Of a stretch of DNA of 64,000 nt, positions 10,086-19,710 are shown piece after piece (within the stretch, counting starts at the first letter, position 1; each line of letters starts with the position of its first letter). A model generated the notes under the pieces. That model did no database searches, was not told the DNA's origin, and saw nothing but the letters and a program-made list of their open reading frames with translations. The stretch covers positions 263,747 through 327,746 of the forward strand of contig CAYWPX010000001.1 of NCBI GenBank assembly GCA_964460615.1, in the 5' to 3' direction. The position numbers were made by a program, and so were the translations under genes. Source of the stretch: an uncultured Planctomycetia bacterium (lineage in GTDB: Bacteria; Omnitrophota; Gorgyraeia; CAYWPX01).

Positions 10086-10382
10086 ATGAAAATCATAAAA
10101 AAAGAGGAAGTAGTTTATATAGGCAAACTTGCCAGGATCAGGCTCGCGGATTCTGAGCTCGAGAGCCTTTCCAAACAGCTTAATGATATCCTTAGCTATA
10201 TCAATACTTTAAATAAGGTTGACACAAAAGATGTCCCGCCAACCAGCCATGTATTGAATCTTTCAAATGTTTATCGTGAAGATATTCTTAAAGCGTCTTT
10301 AGACGTTAAAGATGCTTTAGCTAATGCTCCTGACAAGCATGAAGGATATTTTAAGGTACCAAAAGTAATCGAGGATAATTAA
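10086..10382 (+). CDS. gatC: Asp-tRNA(Asn)/Glu-tRNA(Gln) amidotransferase subunit C
   Basis: [41 protein letters not shown] is the GatC family pattern. Immediately followed by gatA and gatB. Confidence 0.85.
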   Translation: MKIIKKEEVVYIGKLARIRLADSELESLSKQLNDILSYINTLNKVDTKDVPPTSHVLNLSNVYREDILKASLDVKDALANAPDKHEGYFKVPKVIEDN

Positions 10383-10384
10383 TC

Positions 10385-11830
10385 GTGGAATTATTCAGCC
10401 TTACTTCACATGAGCTTATTAAGTTATTGAAAGCCAAGACAATTTCTCCGAAGGAAATTTTTGATAGCATCTTAAATAGGATCGAATCTGTAGGCAGTAA
10501 GATCAATGCTTTTAGTTTTTTTGATAAAGAGGTAGTTTTAAAGCGGTTGGAGGTAATAGAAGGCGAAAAGGCTCTGGGCCCTCTATATGGCATCCCGGTT
10601 CTAATTAAAGATAATATTTCGGTAAAAGATGAATTGACGACCTGTTCATCCAAAATATTAAAGGGCTTTCGTCCTCCATATGACGCCACCGTCATAAAAA
10701 ACCTTAAAAACTCATCAGCTCTTTTAATGGGGAAAGCCAATATGGATGAGTTTGCATTCGGTTCTTCCTGCGAAACGTCTTGCTATGGGCCCACTCGTAA
10801 TCCCTGGGATCTTGAGAGAATACCGGGTGGATCCAGCGGAGGTTCAGCTGCAGCGGTAGCAAGCGATCTGACTATTATGGCGCTTGGCTCTGATACCGGA
10901 GGGTCTATAAGGCAGCCAGCTAGTTTGTGCGGTGTTGTCGGCCTTAAGCCGACATATGGACGGGTTTCTAGATATGGCCTTATAGCTTTTGCTTCTAGCC
11001 TTGACCAGATAGGTCCTATAACCAAAGATGTTGAAGACTCGGCGCTATTATTGAATGCGATCGCCGGATACGACCCTAATGATTCTACGTCTCTGGATAC
11101 CAATGTGCCTGATTATACAAAGGCCTTAGTAAATGATGCTAAGGGCCTAAAAATAGGAATACCGAAAGAATATTATATCGAGGGCATAGAACCCGAAGTA
11201 AAAAAGTCGATTTTTGACGGTATAGATCTACTTAAAAAACTTGGCGCTGAAATTGTTGATATATCCTTAAAACATACCGAATATGCCGTAAGTTGCTATT
11301 ATATAATCGCTCCCAGCGAGGCCAGTTCCAATCTGGCGCGATTTGACGGAGTCCAGTACGGGTTGAGAGAGCCATCTTCAAATCTTATAGAGATGTATGA
11401 AAAGACAAGAGAGGTTGGATTCGGCAGCGAAGCTAAAAGAAGAATTATTTTAGGTACCTATGCTTTGTCAAGCGGATATTATGATGCCTATTATCTTAAG
11501 GCCATGAAGGTCAGGACCCTTATTAAAAATGATTTTGACGAGGCATTTAAGAAAGTTGATTGTATAATTACTCCCACTAGCCCCACCGCTGCTTTTAAGA
11601 TAGGTGAAAAATCCGACGATCCTTTAAGTATGTACTTGTCTGATATATTCACAATACCTGCTAATATGGCAGGGATCCCCGGTATATCTATACCATGCGG
11701 GTTTACATCTAAAGGCTTGCCGATTGGGATGCAGATTCTCGGAAAACATTTTAATGAGGAGATGCTTTTTAGGGTAGCGTATACTTTTGAGAAAAATACA
11801 GATTTTAATAAAAGAAAGCCTAATTTATAA
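10385..11830 (+). CDS. gatA: Glutamyl-tRNA(Gln) amidotransferase subunit A (GTG start)
   Basis: Amidase signature [13 protein letters not shown]...[13 protein letters not shown]. 481 aa. Confidence 0.9.
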   Translation: MELFSLTSHELIKLLKAKTISPKEIFDSILNRIESVGSKINAFSFFDKEVVLKRLEVIEGEKALGPLYGIPVLIKDNISVKDELTTCSSKILKGFRPPYDATVIKNLKNSSALLMGKANMDEFAFGSSCETSCYGPTRNPWDLERIPGGSSGGSAAAVASDLTIMALGSDTGGSIRQPASLCGVVGLKPTYGRVSRYGLIAFASSLDQIGPITKDVEDSALLLNAIAGYDPNDSTSLDTNVPDYTKALVNDAKGLKIGIPKEYYIEGIEPEVKKSIFDGIDLLKKLGAEIVDISLKHTEYAVSCYYIIAPSEASSNLARFDGVQYGLREPSSNLIEMYEKTREVGFGSEAKRRIILGTYALSSGYYDAYYLKAMKVRTLIKNDFDEAFKKVDCIITPTSPTAAFKIGEKSDDPLSMYLSDIFTIPANMAGIPGISIPCGFTSKGLPIGMQILGKHFNEEMLFRVAYTFEKNTDFNKRKPNL

Positions 11831-11831
11831 A

Positions 11832-13265
11832 ATGAGTTATGAATCAGTAATAGGATTAGAGGTTCATGTGCAGCTGAATACGAAGACAAAGACTTTCTGT
11901 TCATGCGGTACTCTTTTTGGAGCCAGGGCAAATTCTCAGGTCTGCCCGGTATGCCTGGGCTTTCCGGGAACTCTGCCTGTATTAAATAAATCAGCACTGA
12001 TGTTGGCCATAAAGACCGGCATAGCGCTTAACTGTGTCATAAATAATTCTATGAAGTTCGATAGGAAAAATTATTTTTATCCTGACCTGCCAAAGAATTA
12101 TCAGATATCGCAGTTTGATAAACCTTTGGCATCAGGGGGGTATCTTGATATAGTTTCAGAAGGGAAGAATAAGAGAATTCACCTGACGCGCATCCACATG
12201 GAAGAGGATGCCGGAAAATTGATCCATGACGAGATAAAGGGTTCAAGTCTTGTTGACTTCAACAGGTGCGGAATGCCTTTAATAGAAATTGTTACTGAAC
12301 CGGATATAAATACTTCTGACGAAGCTTATAATTATCTTGTGGATCTAAAAGCTGTACTTAGATATCTCGAGGTTTCTGATTGTGATATGGAAAAAGGCAG
12401 CCTTAGATGCGATGCCAATGTTTCAATCAGAAGATCCGGCGATAAAAAGCTTGGTACCAAGGTTGAAATTAAAAATATGAATTCTTTTAAAAATGTTAAG
12501 CAGGCTCTGGATTATGAGATCAAACGACAGGCCGAGCTTATGGATAAAAATGAAAGGATCGTTCAGGAAACCAGGCTTTTTGATAAAGATAGGATAGTGA
12601 CTGTTTCGATGCGTTCAAAAGAGGAGTCGCATGATTACAGGTATTTCCCGGAGCCGGACCTGGTGCCTTTTACTATTGAAAAATCCTTAGTTGAAGAGAT
12701 GCGCCTGACCGTCCCGGAGCTTCCAAAGGAAAAGTTTAACCGTTTTATCAATGAGTATAACCTTAATAGCTATGATGCCGGCATATTAGTACAGGATAAA
12801 AAGATCGCGGATTTTTTTGTTGAAACAGTAAAGCTTTATAAAAATCCGAAGAATGCGGCAAATTGGATAACACAGGATATATCGGCCTATTTAAATGACT
12901 CTAATAAGGGAATCTGCGAACTAAAAATTACGCCAGTATTATTATCTAAGATGCTTAATATGATCGATTCAAATATCATTAGCGGCAAGATCGCTAAAGA
13001 GATCCTTTCGGACATGTTGACTAGCGGTAAAGACCCGGAAGCCATTGCCAATGAAAAGAATTTGATCCAAATATCCGATAAGGATGCATTGGTGGAAATA
13101 GTAAAGAAAGTTATTCAAGAGAACAAAAAAAGTGTTGATGACTTTAAAAGCGGGAAAGAGAACGCTCTTATGTTCCTTGTGGGGCAGATAATGAAGCTTA
13201 CAAAAGGCAAAGCAAATCCCGGGATGGTAAACGATCTCTTAAGGGATCTGTTGAAGAATAGCTGA
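11832..13265 (+). CDS. gatB: Asp-tRNA(Asn)/Glu-tRNA(Gln) amidotransferase subunit B
   Basis: Canonical N-terminus MSYESVIGLEVHVQLNTKTK. The ORF track starts at 11787, but the conserved start is the ATG at 11832, right after the gatA stop. Confidence 0.9.
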   Translation: MSYESVIGLEVHVQLNTKTKTFCSCGTLFGARANSQVCPVCLGFPGTLPVLNKSALMLAIKTGIALNCVINNSMKFDRKNYFYPDLPKNYQISQFDKPLASGGYLDIVSEGKNKRIHLTRIHMEEDAGKLIHDEIKGSSLVDFNRCGMPLIEIVTEPDINTSDEAYNYLVDLKAVLRYLEVSDCDMEKGSLRCDANVSIRRSGDKKLGTKVEIKNMNSFKNVKQALDYEIKRQAELMDKNERIVQETRLFDKDRIVTVSMRSKEESHDYRYFPEPDLVPFTIEKSLVEEMRLTVPELPKEKFNRFINEYNLNSYDAGILVQDKKIADFFVETVKLYKNPKNAANWITQDISAYLNDSNKGICELKITPVLLSKMLNMIDSNIISGKIAKEILSDMLTSGKDPEAIANEKNLIQISDKDALVEIVKKVIQENKKSVDDFKSGKENALMFLVGQIMKLTKGKANPGMVNDLLRDLLKNS

Positions 13266-13313
13266 TAATTTAAATCGATCAATGAACTAAGAATAAAAAA
13301 TCTGGAGAAAATA

Positions 13314-14642
13314 ATGCAAAATATAAGGTTAAGAAATTTGCTTTTAGCGGTCGTTATGTTTTTTGGTTTGGGAGTATGTAATGCATTTTCTCAAACAGCA
13401 GCTACTATAATGCAGGATGAAAAAATAATAGAAAAAACAACTCCTTCAAAAGATGATCTCTATGAGCAGCTCGACCTGCTCTCAGATGCTATCAGCGTTA
13501 TCAAATCAAATTATGTTGAGAATGTCGATTCTAAAAAACTTATTTATGGGGCGCTTTCCGGGATGCTTAGCTCACTGGATGATTATAGCCAGTTTATGGA
13601 TCCCGATTCATATACGGAGATCAAGGTTGAGACAGAAGGGAAATTCGGCGGCCTCGGCATAGAGATCGCAATAAGAGACAGCATACTGACGGTTATATCT
13701 CCTATTGACGGTACTCCTGCCTATAAAGCAGGGATCAAAGCCGGAGACAGGATCGTTAAAATTGACGGTGAATCTACCAGAAACATCACTATATTGGGAG
13801 CGGTAAAAAAATTAAGAGGTAAACCCGGGACAAAGGTAAGCTTAACTGTTTTAAGAGAAAGCGAAATGAAGCTTTTGGATTTTAATATAACAAGGGATAT
13901 TATAAAGATCGAAAGCATAAAAGAAGCCAAATTTGTTGACGGGAAAATCGGATATATTAAGCTGGTTGAATTTCAGGAGTCCACGGCAAACGATCTTGAG
14001 AAAGCGCTTTCAAAATTAGAAAAAGATGGTATGGACAGCCTTATCCTTGACCTAAGGAATAATCCCGGGGGCTTGCTTACATCAGCGGCCGGGGTATCTG
14101 AAAAATTCGTTCGGCAGGGCGATCTCATTGTTTCGACTAAGGGAAGGGTTAAAAACCAAAATTTTGAATTCAGGTCCAACAGATCCGATAATCATAAGGA
14201 TTTTCCTTTAGTAGTTCTTGTAAATGGCGGTAGCGCCAGCGCATCTGAGATCGTTGCGGGCGCAATACAGGATAATAAACGAGGCATAGTTGTTGGGACC
14301 AAAACCTTTGGTAAAGGTTCCGTGCAAACAGTTATTCCTATGAGAGACGGAGCTGCCCTCAGGCTGACCACAGCGCTTTATTATACCCCCAGCGGGAAAT
14401 CTATAGTAAAAGAGGGGATTAAGCCTGACGTTGTCGTCGAAGAAAAATTTGAAAATTCGGCAAAAAAAGACAAAGATAGCAGTGAGATTTTTGAGAAATT
14501 GGAAAAATCCGAACCCCTAGATAAGACGGCACCTTCAAAGGAAGAAGCCGATAAAAAACTTTCTGATGTCCAGCTTGAAAGAGCCATTGATCTTATAAAA
14601 GGGATTAAGGTCTACGATACCTTCAAAAACGGAAAGAAGTAG
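13314..14642 (+). CDS. ctp: Carboxyl-terminal processing protease (S41 family)
   Basis: Signal peptide, a PDZ region, and S41 catalytic region LVNGGSASASEIVAGA...TFGKGSVQT. Confidence 0.85.
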   Translation: MQNIRLRNLLLAVVMFFGLGVCNAFSQTAATIMQDEKIIEKTTPSKDDLYEQLDLLSDAISVIKSNYVENVDSKKLIYGALSGMLSSLDDYSQFMDPDSYTEIKVETEGKFGGLGIEIAIRDSILTVISPIDGTPAYKAGIKAGDRIVKIDGESTRNITILGAVKKLRGKPGTKVSLTVLRESEMKLLDFNITRDIIKIESIKEAKFVDGKIGYIKLVEFQESTANDLEKALSKLEKDGMDSLILDLRNNPGGLLTSAAGVSEKFVRQGDLIVSTKGRVKNQNFEFRSNRSDNHKDFPLVVLVNGGSASASEIVAGAIQDNKRGIVVGTKTFGKGSVQTVIPMRDGAALRLTTALYYTPSGKSIVKEGIKPDVVVEEKFENSAKKDKDSSEIFEKLEKSEPLDKTAPSKEEADKKLSDVQLERAIDLIKGIKVYDTFKNGKK

Positions 14643-14645
14643 TAG

Positions 14646-15779
14646 ATGGATAAAAGAGCGTTTGTAATAATTGTCCTAATTGTAGCTTTGGTAGGTTTTT
14701 GGATGATCTTTAAGCATTCGGACTATACCAAGCAGTCAGTAGATATTGATTCGATAATGACCAAGCTACTCTTAAAAACAGGTATTACAAATGACCATAT
14801 TTCTAAAGAATTGACCCAGCAGTCTTTTAAGAATAATAAGGAGTTTCTCAGGATCGAAAAAGAATATTTTCTGCCTTCTAAAGTGGATCTGAAGAATCTT
14901 AAGGACGCTATTTCTAAAACCTTTAAAACCACTAATTATAAAATCCTTAAAAGCGATCTTTCTAAGACTTCTGAACGACAGGAACTAAATATAACAATTG
15001 CGTTTAAAGGACTCAGTATTTATTCGGTCAGATTTGTTAAGAGGGTAATGCATAAGCCCTTATCTATTGCTGAGGAGTCTAAAAAGATTAAAGAGATCAA
15101 GTCTTCCCCTAAAGCCAAGGCTCCAAAAATAGCAATAATACTTGATGATTTTGGGTACAGTACAAGAAACCTGACAAATTTGTCAGCCATAAAATACCCT
15201 TTGACGCTTGCTATATTGCCGAATCTTAATTATTCTAAAAAAGTTGCAGAGTGGGGTGTTAATCATAATTTTGAAATTATTCTGCATTTGCCGCTTGAGC
15301 CTAATGAGAAAACAACCGGTTTAGAGGTTAATACTATTCTTACTTCGTGGGACAGCGCTCGTATTAAAAAGATCCTGAGGGCTGATTTGGATTCTATGCC
15401 AGGCCTTAAAGGAGTATCCAACCATATGGGTTCAAAGGCTACTGAGACTGAAGCCACCATGAAGGCGATTTTTGAAGAACTGAAAGCTAGAAGACTTTTC
15501 TATCTTGATAGTCTTGCAACAAATAAAACGATATGTCAGGCTTTGGCAAAAAAATTGAATCTTGGGTATGCCAAAAGAGATATTTTTATAGACAATGATT
15601 CAGATCCCGACTATATTAAGGGCCAATTGAATAAACTATTTGATGAAGCTAATAGTTTAGGTGTCTCGGTGGGTATAGGCCATGACAGGCCCAATACAAT
15701 AGCAGTTTTAAAAGAAGTGATGCCGGCTATGGCAAAAAATGGCATAGAATTTATCTATGTCTCGGACATTGTTAAATAA
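14646..15779 (+). CDS. Divergent polysaccharide deacetylase family protein (YibQ-like)
   Basis: N-terminal TM. PKIAIILDDFGYS ... ILHLPLEP ... SNHMGS ... GIGHDRP match the YibQ family. Common partner of ctp. Confidence 0.65.
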   Translation: MDKRAFVIIVLIVALVGFWMIFKHSDYTKQSVDIDSIMTKLLLKTGITNDHISKELTQQSFKNNKEFLRIEKEYFLPSKVDLKNLKDAISKTFKTTNYKILKSDLSKTSERQELNITIAFKGLSIYSVRFVKRVMHKPLSIAEESKKIKEIKSSPKAKAPKIAIILDDFGYSTRNLTNLSAIKYPLTLAILPNLNYSKKVAEWGVNHNFEIILHLPLEPNEKTTGLEVNTILTSWDSARIKKILRADLDSMPGLKGVSNHMGSKATETEATMKAIFEELKARRLFYLDSLATNKTICQALAKKLNLGYAKRDIFIDNDSDPDYIKGQLNKLFDEANSLGVSVGIGHDRPNTIAVLKEVMPAMAKNGIEFIYVSDIVK

Positions 15780-15854
15780 ATTATAATGCTGCAAGCTAAT
15801 GGCCTCAGGCTAAAATAAAGTTTGTGGCATGCAGCTTGAAGCTCGGAGCTTTTT

Positions 15855-16862
15855 ATGTTAACTCTAGGAATAGAAACTTCCTGCGATGAGACAGCGATCG
15901 CAGTTGTTGAGAATAGAGAGGTTCTTTCTAATGTAGTCACCTCCAGCCTGAAGCTACATGAAAAATTCGGCGGGGTTGTGCCTGAGGTCGCCTGCAGGCA
16001 CCATGTAGAATATATTTTATATGTTCTGGAAAGCGCCCTTACGGAATCAGGCAAAAAGCTCAAGGATATAGATCTGGTAAGTGTTACTTATGGGCCTGGG
16101 TTGGTAGGCGCGCTTTTGATGGGTATCACGCTTGCGAAATCATTAAGTTTTTCTTTGGGTGTTCCGTTAGTGGGGGTTAATCATCTCGTGGCGCATATTT
16201 ATGCCAATATGGCCAATGAGGATCCTCCCGAATATCCGTTTATCGGTTTGATCATATCGGGAGGGCATACAAGCCTTTATCTTGTAAGCGGGGCGGATGA
16301 TTTTAAATTATTAGGGCAGACCACTGATGATGCAATCGGTGAATCGTATGATAAAGTCGCTAAGATGCTTGGTTTGGGATATCCGGGAGGGCCTCTTATA
16401 GAAAAGGTTTCTAGTAAGGGAGATCCTTTTTCGGTCAGTTTTAAAGTTGCTGAATTAAGAGAATCGCTTGATTTTAGTTTTAGCGGTATTAAAACGGCGG
16501 TTCTGTATCATATAAGAAAAATTACCAATAACGGCAAAAGGCGTTTAACAAAAACTGAAATTCAAAATATCGCTTCTAGCTTTCAGGAGTCAGTTAATGG
16601 TATAATTATTAAGAAATCCCTTAATGCGGCGAGGCTTAAGAAATTAAAGGCCTTAGTTGTGGGGGGCGGAGTCAGTGCAAACAAAAATCTTCGGTCACGG
16701 TTATTAGCCCAAGCCAATTTAGAGGGTGTTAAGGTTTATTTTCCGGAGTTTAAATTTTGTCTTGATAATGGCAGTATGGTAGCTCTACTGGGCGAAGAGC
16801 TTTATAAAAAGGGAGTCAGATCTGATTATAAACTTACAGCAGTTCCAAACCTCGTAATTTAG
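15855..16862 (+). CDS. tsaD: tRNA N6-adenosine threonylcarbamoyltransferase
   Basis: LTLGIETSCDETAIAVV, HHVEYILY and GGGVSAN match Kae1/TsaD. Confidence 0.9.
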   Translation: MLTLGIETSCDETAIAVVENREVLSNVVTSSLKLHEKFGGVVPEVACRHHVEYILYVLESALTESGKKLKDIDLVSVTYGPGLVGALLMGITLAKSLSFSLGVPLVGVNHLVAHIYANMANEDPPEYPFIGLIISGGHTSLYLVSGADDFKLLGQTTDDAIGESYDKVAKMLGLGYPGGPLIEKVSSKGDPFSVSFKVAELRESLDFSFSGIKTAVLYHIRKITNNGKRRLTKTEIQNIASSFQESVNGIIIKKSLNAARLKKLKALVVGGGVSANKNLRSRLLAQANLEGVKVYFPEFKFCLDNGSMVALLGEELYKKGVRSDYKLTAVPNLVI

Positions 16863-16870
16863 GAGAGAAA

Positions 16871-17533
16871 ATGAACGAACTGGATATCTTACTTAGGATT
16901 TTTATTGCCGCAATATTGGGTGGATTAGTTGGTTTTGAAAGAGAATTGCACGGGAGAGTGGCAGGACTAAGGACCCACATTCTTGTTTCGGTTGGTTCAG
17001 CCTTGATCATGCTGACTTCAATCGAGATATTCAATATTTATAATGGCATAGCACAGGTGGACCCGTCAAGAATAGCTGCCCAGGTTGTAAGTGGTATAGG
17101 TTTTTTGGGAGCCGGAACCATACTGAGATTTAGGGCGTCTGTCAGAGGGTTGACAACAGCTGCCAGTTTATGGACAGTAGCCGGCATAGGCCTGGCCTGC
17201 GGAATAAAGTTTTATAATGCTGCTTTTATAACTACAGCGGTTGTGCTGATCTCGCTTTTATTTTTTGCTAAGCTAGAACATCTGTTTATAAGAAAAGACT
17301 GGTACAAAGTTTTGCTTGTTGAATCAAAGGGGAACATCTCTGAGCTAAGAAGCCTAAGAGAGATCCTCTCGGAATTTAAGGTTGAGATCAAAGATCTGGC
17401 GATAGAAAAAATGGAAGGCAAGGATACTATACTTACCAGGATGAGCCTGAAACTTTTAAATGAAGGAGATGAGGATGCTATTCTTTCCGCCGCTGTACTG
17501 ATATCGGGGGTTGAGAAAGCTAAATGGGAATAG
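16871..17533 (+). CDS. mgtC: MgtC/SapB family membrane protein
   Basis: ILGGLVGFERELHGRVAGLRTHILVSVGSAL and GIGFLGAGTIL match the MgtC family. C-terminal soluble domain. Confidence 0.8.
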   Translation: MNELDILLRIFIAAILGGLVGFERELHGRVAGLRTHILVSVGSALIMLTSIEIFNIYNGIAQVDPSRIAAQVVSGIGFLGAGTILRFRASVRGLTTAASLWTVAGIGLACGIKFYNAAFITTAVVLISLLFFAKLEHLFIRKDWYKVLLVESKGNISELRSLREILSEFKVEIKDLAIEKMEGKDTILTRMSLKLLNEGDEDAILSAAVLISGVEKAKWE

Positions 17534-17552
17534 AAAACAGTTTTAAGTCTAC

Positions 17553-17568
17553 CTGCCGGAAGGCAGGC
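17553..17568. repeat. GC-rich palindrome CCTGCC-GGAA-GGCAGG (hairpin) between mgtC and the bactofilin gene
   Basis: Read directly in the sequence. Related to the palindrome at 18254-18273. Either a terminator or an operator. Confidence 0.5.
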
Positions 17569-17638
17569 TGTAGGCCTTATGTTTAATGAGTTTGCTTGCA
17601 GATAACGCTTAAAACTTATAGCTATATGGAGGTGTGAA

Positions 17639-18184
17639 ATGGGAAGATTTGATAAAAAAACTCCGCAGGTAGAAGTAAAAGAGAAAGTCCTTGATGTTGA
17701 TGCAAGTATGCATGGAAGCCTTACTTTTAAGGATGCGGTTAATTTAAGAATAAATGGTACGTTTGAGGGGACCCTTGATGTGAAGGGCAGCCTCTTTATC
17801 GGAGAAAATGCAAAGGTTCGCGCTAATATAAAAGGCGAAATAATAACTATTGCCGGTAAAGTTGAGGGTGATATTTTTGCAGAGAGGGAATTAAAGCTTA
17901 TTGCTCCGTCAAAGGTACTCGGTAATATTAAGACCCCTCGTCTTAGCGTACAGGAAGGTTCGATATTAGAAGGCAACTGTAAGATGCTTATTTCGGAAAA
18001 GTCCGAGGCTTCCAGGAAAAATTCTATGAATCAGAATGAACTGGCCCGGTATCTGGAGGTTGATGAAGCATTGATATTGGAATGGGCAAACTCCGGCAGG
18101 ATCCCTGCTCAAAAAGAATCCGGTAGTTTTATTTTTGATAAGTCGAGAATTGATGAGTGGATCGCAAGCGGGAAAGTAAAATAG
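17639..18184 (+). CDS. Bactofilin-domain protein fused to a C-terminal HTH_17 (excisionase/MerR-type) DNA-binding domain
   Basis: Bactofilin beta-helix repeats GTFEGTLDVKGSLFIGENAKVRANIKGEIITIAGKVEGDIF. C-terminus has NELARYLEVDEALILEWANSGRIPAQKE, a helix-turn-helix. GGAGG RBS upstream. Confidence 0.6.
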   Translation: MGRFDKKTPQVEVKEKVLDVDASMHGSLTFKDAVNLRINGTFEGTLDVKGSLFIGENAKVRANIKGEIITIAGKVEGDIFAERELKLIAPSKVLGNIKTPRLSVQEGSILEGNCKMLISEKSEASRKNSMNQNELARYLEVDEALILEWANSGRIPAQKESGSFIFDKSRIDEWIASGKVK

Positions 18185-18253
18185 ATAATTCTTAGAAAGC
18201 GAACGTAAGCGGTAAACGTGTTTTTGAATTAAACTGAATGCTGATAACTGAAA

Positions 18254-18273
18254 CCTGCCTGCCGGCAGGCAGG
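18254..18273. repeat. Perfect 20-bp palindrome CCTGCCTGCCGGCAGGCAGG
   Basis: Read directly in the sequence. Sits 16 nt before the annotated start (29 nt before the likelier ATG at 18302) of the next HTH gene. GC-rich in an AT-rich context. Confidence 0.55.
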
Positions 18274-18289
18274 GCTGAAAGCTAATTAT

Positions 18290-18667
18290 ATGCAACCTAA
18301 AATGTTAACACTTAAAGAGGTTTCAGTGATCCTCAAGATCTCTGAAGCTGATGTACAGAAGCTGGTAGAAGAAGGCAAGATCCCTGCATATAAAATTGCC
18401 GGAAGCTTCCTGAGATTCAGGGAGGACCAGATAGATCTTCTTAAGGCTAATCTCGAAAAATTTAGCGAGAATAAAGCTCTTAGAGGGAAACTGGCGGATC
18501 TATATGAGACCTCAAATCTTGGAACGCTTAAAAGGCCGGAATATAAGGCTAGCTCCGGGTATACCTTTTATGAAAGACTGAAAGATTTTGTCCGTTTCTA
18601 TGATTTTTATATAATAATCGCGGTACTTGTTATATCGCTGGCTGTATTTATATTCTATAATTTCTGA
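18290..18667 (+). CDS. HTH_17 (excisionase-type) DNA-binding protein with a C-terminal transmembrane anchor
   Basis: MLTLKEVSVILKISEADVQKLVEEGKIPAYKIAGSFLRF is an HTH. C-terminal YDFYIIIAVLVISLAVFIFYNF is a TM helix. The true start is more likely the ATG at 18302. Confidence 0.5.
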   Translation: MQPKMLTLKEVSVILKISEADVQKLVEEGKIPAYKIAGSFLRFREDQIDLLKANLEKFSENKALRGKLADLYETSNLGTLKRPEYKASSGYTFYERLKDFVRFYDFYIIIAVLVISLAVFIFYNF

Positions 18668-18870
18668 TTAATGTTTATTTAGGTTTTTGGACCGAAATAA
18701 ACACTAATTGTCCTGATGAACATCTGAAAAATATTACCAATAGGAAATCTTTTGGATTTACTTGGATAATTATTTAGATATGATGTTGAGTCGGGATTGT
18801 AAAACTTAAATATTAAGCTTTAAATAATAAAGCTTATAAATTTAGGGATCAAATACCTAATTAGAAAATA

Positions 18871-19620
18871 ATGGCCTATCATATAAAAGTAAAAAAAATC
18901 CTCAAAGATGTCAGGTCTAAAAAGATCAGCATAAATAATGCATTGCATAGCCTCAAATTCGCTCCTTTTAATGATCTGGGATTTGCTAAGGTTGACTGCA
19001 CCAGATCTCTTAGGAAGGGTTTTCCTGAAGTAGTTTTTTGTGAAAATAAGACTGTTGAACAGATCAAGCTTATTTCTTTTAAAATATTGAGTCATGAAGG
19101 AGTTCTCTTATTAACAAGGCTAAAAGAGGATATTTATAACATTCTTAAGGCTGATCTCCCGGGGCTTAATTATAATAAGCAGGCCAAAGTCGCTTATAAA
19201 TTTTCTAAAAAAAACAGAACACAAAAAAAAGGAAACGTTCTTGTAATTAGCGCTGGTACAGCAGATATTCCGGTCGCCGAAGAAGCGAGGGTTACGCTTG
19301 AGGTAATGGGTAATAAAGTCAAGACCCTTTATGATGTCGGCGTTGCCGGCATGCATAGAATTCTGAACAATAGGATAATACTCAATAAGGCGAGCGTTGT
19401 AATCGTAGTTGCCGGGATGGAAGGGGCTCTCAGTTCTGTCGTAAGCAGCCTTGTTTCTAGGCCTGTTATTGCTGTTCCGACCAGCGTTGGTTATGGCGCC
19501 AGTTTCGGCGGCATTGCTCCGTTATTAACAATGTTGAATAGTTGTTCGCCAGGAGTGGCGGTAGTAAATATTGATAATGGTTTTGGTGCCGGGTATTTCG
19601 CCAGTATGATAAATAAGTAG
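18871..19620 (+). CDS. larB: Nickel-pincer nucleotide biosynthesis carboxylase/hydrolase LarB (PurE-like)
   Basis: ~250 aa with an N-terminal extension plus a PurE-like domain: VLVISAGTADIPVAEEARV...VVIVVAGMEGALSSVV...AVPTSVGYGASFGGIAPLLTMLNS. Confidence 0.7.
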   Translation: MAYHIKVKKILKDVRSKKISINNALHSLKFAPFNDLGFAKVDCTRSLRKGFPEVVFCENKTVEQIKLISFKILSHEGVLLLTRLKEDIYNILKADLPGLNYNKQAKVAYKFSKKNRTQKKGNVLVISAGTADIPVAEEARVTLEVMGNKVKTLYDVGVAGMHRILNNRIILNKASVVIVVAGMEGALSSVVSSLVSRPVIAVPTSVGYGASFGGIAPLLTMLNSCSPGVAVVNIDNGFGAGYFASMINK

Positions 19621-19710
19621 AGACATATAATAGTAATGAGTATTGCTGACAATATATATAAGCGCGATTAACTAAGTGATTTATTAATAAAGATATTTTT
19701 AAAGGATTAA

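Noticed and set aside
11787-11831. Upstream extension of gatB ([15 protein letters not shown]) overlapping gatA by 44 nt
   Set aside because: The conserved GatB N-terminus MSYESVIGLEVHV begins at the ATG at 11832, right after the gatA stop. The extension is probably not translated.
15884-15896. Small hairpin AAGCT-CGG-AGCTT followed by TTTTT immediately before tsaD
   Set aside because: Only a 5-bp stem. It overlaps the GGAG ribosome-binding site 7 nt before the ATG, so it is more likely RBS context than a terminator.
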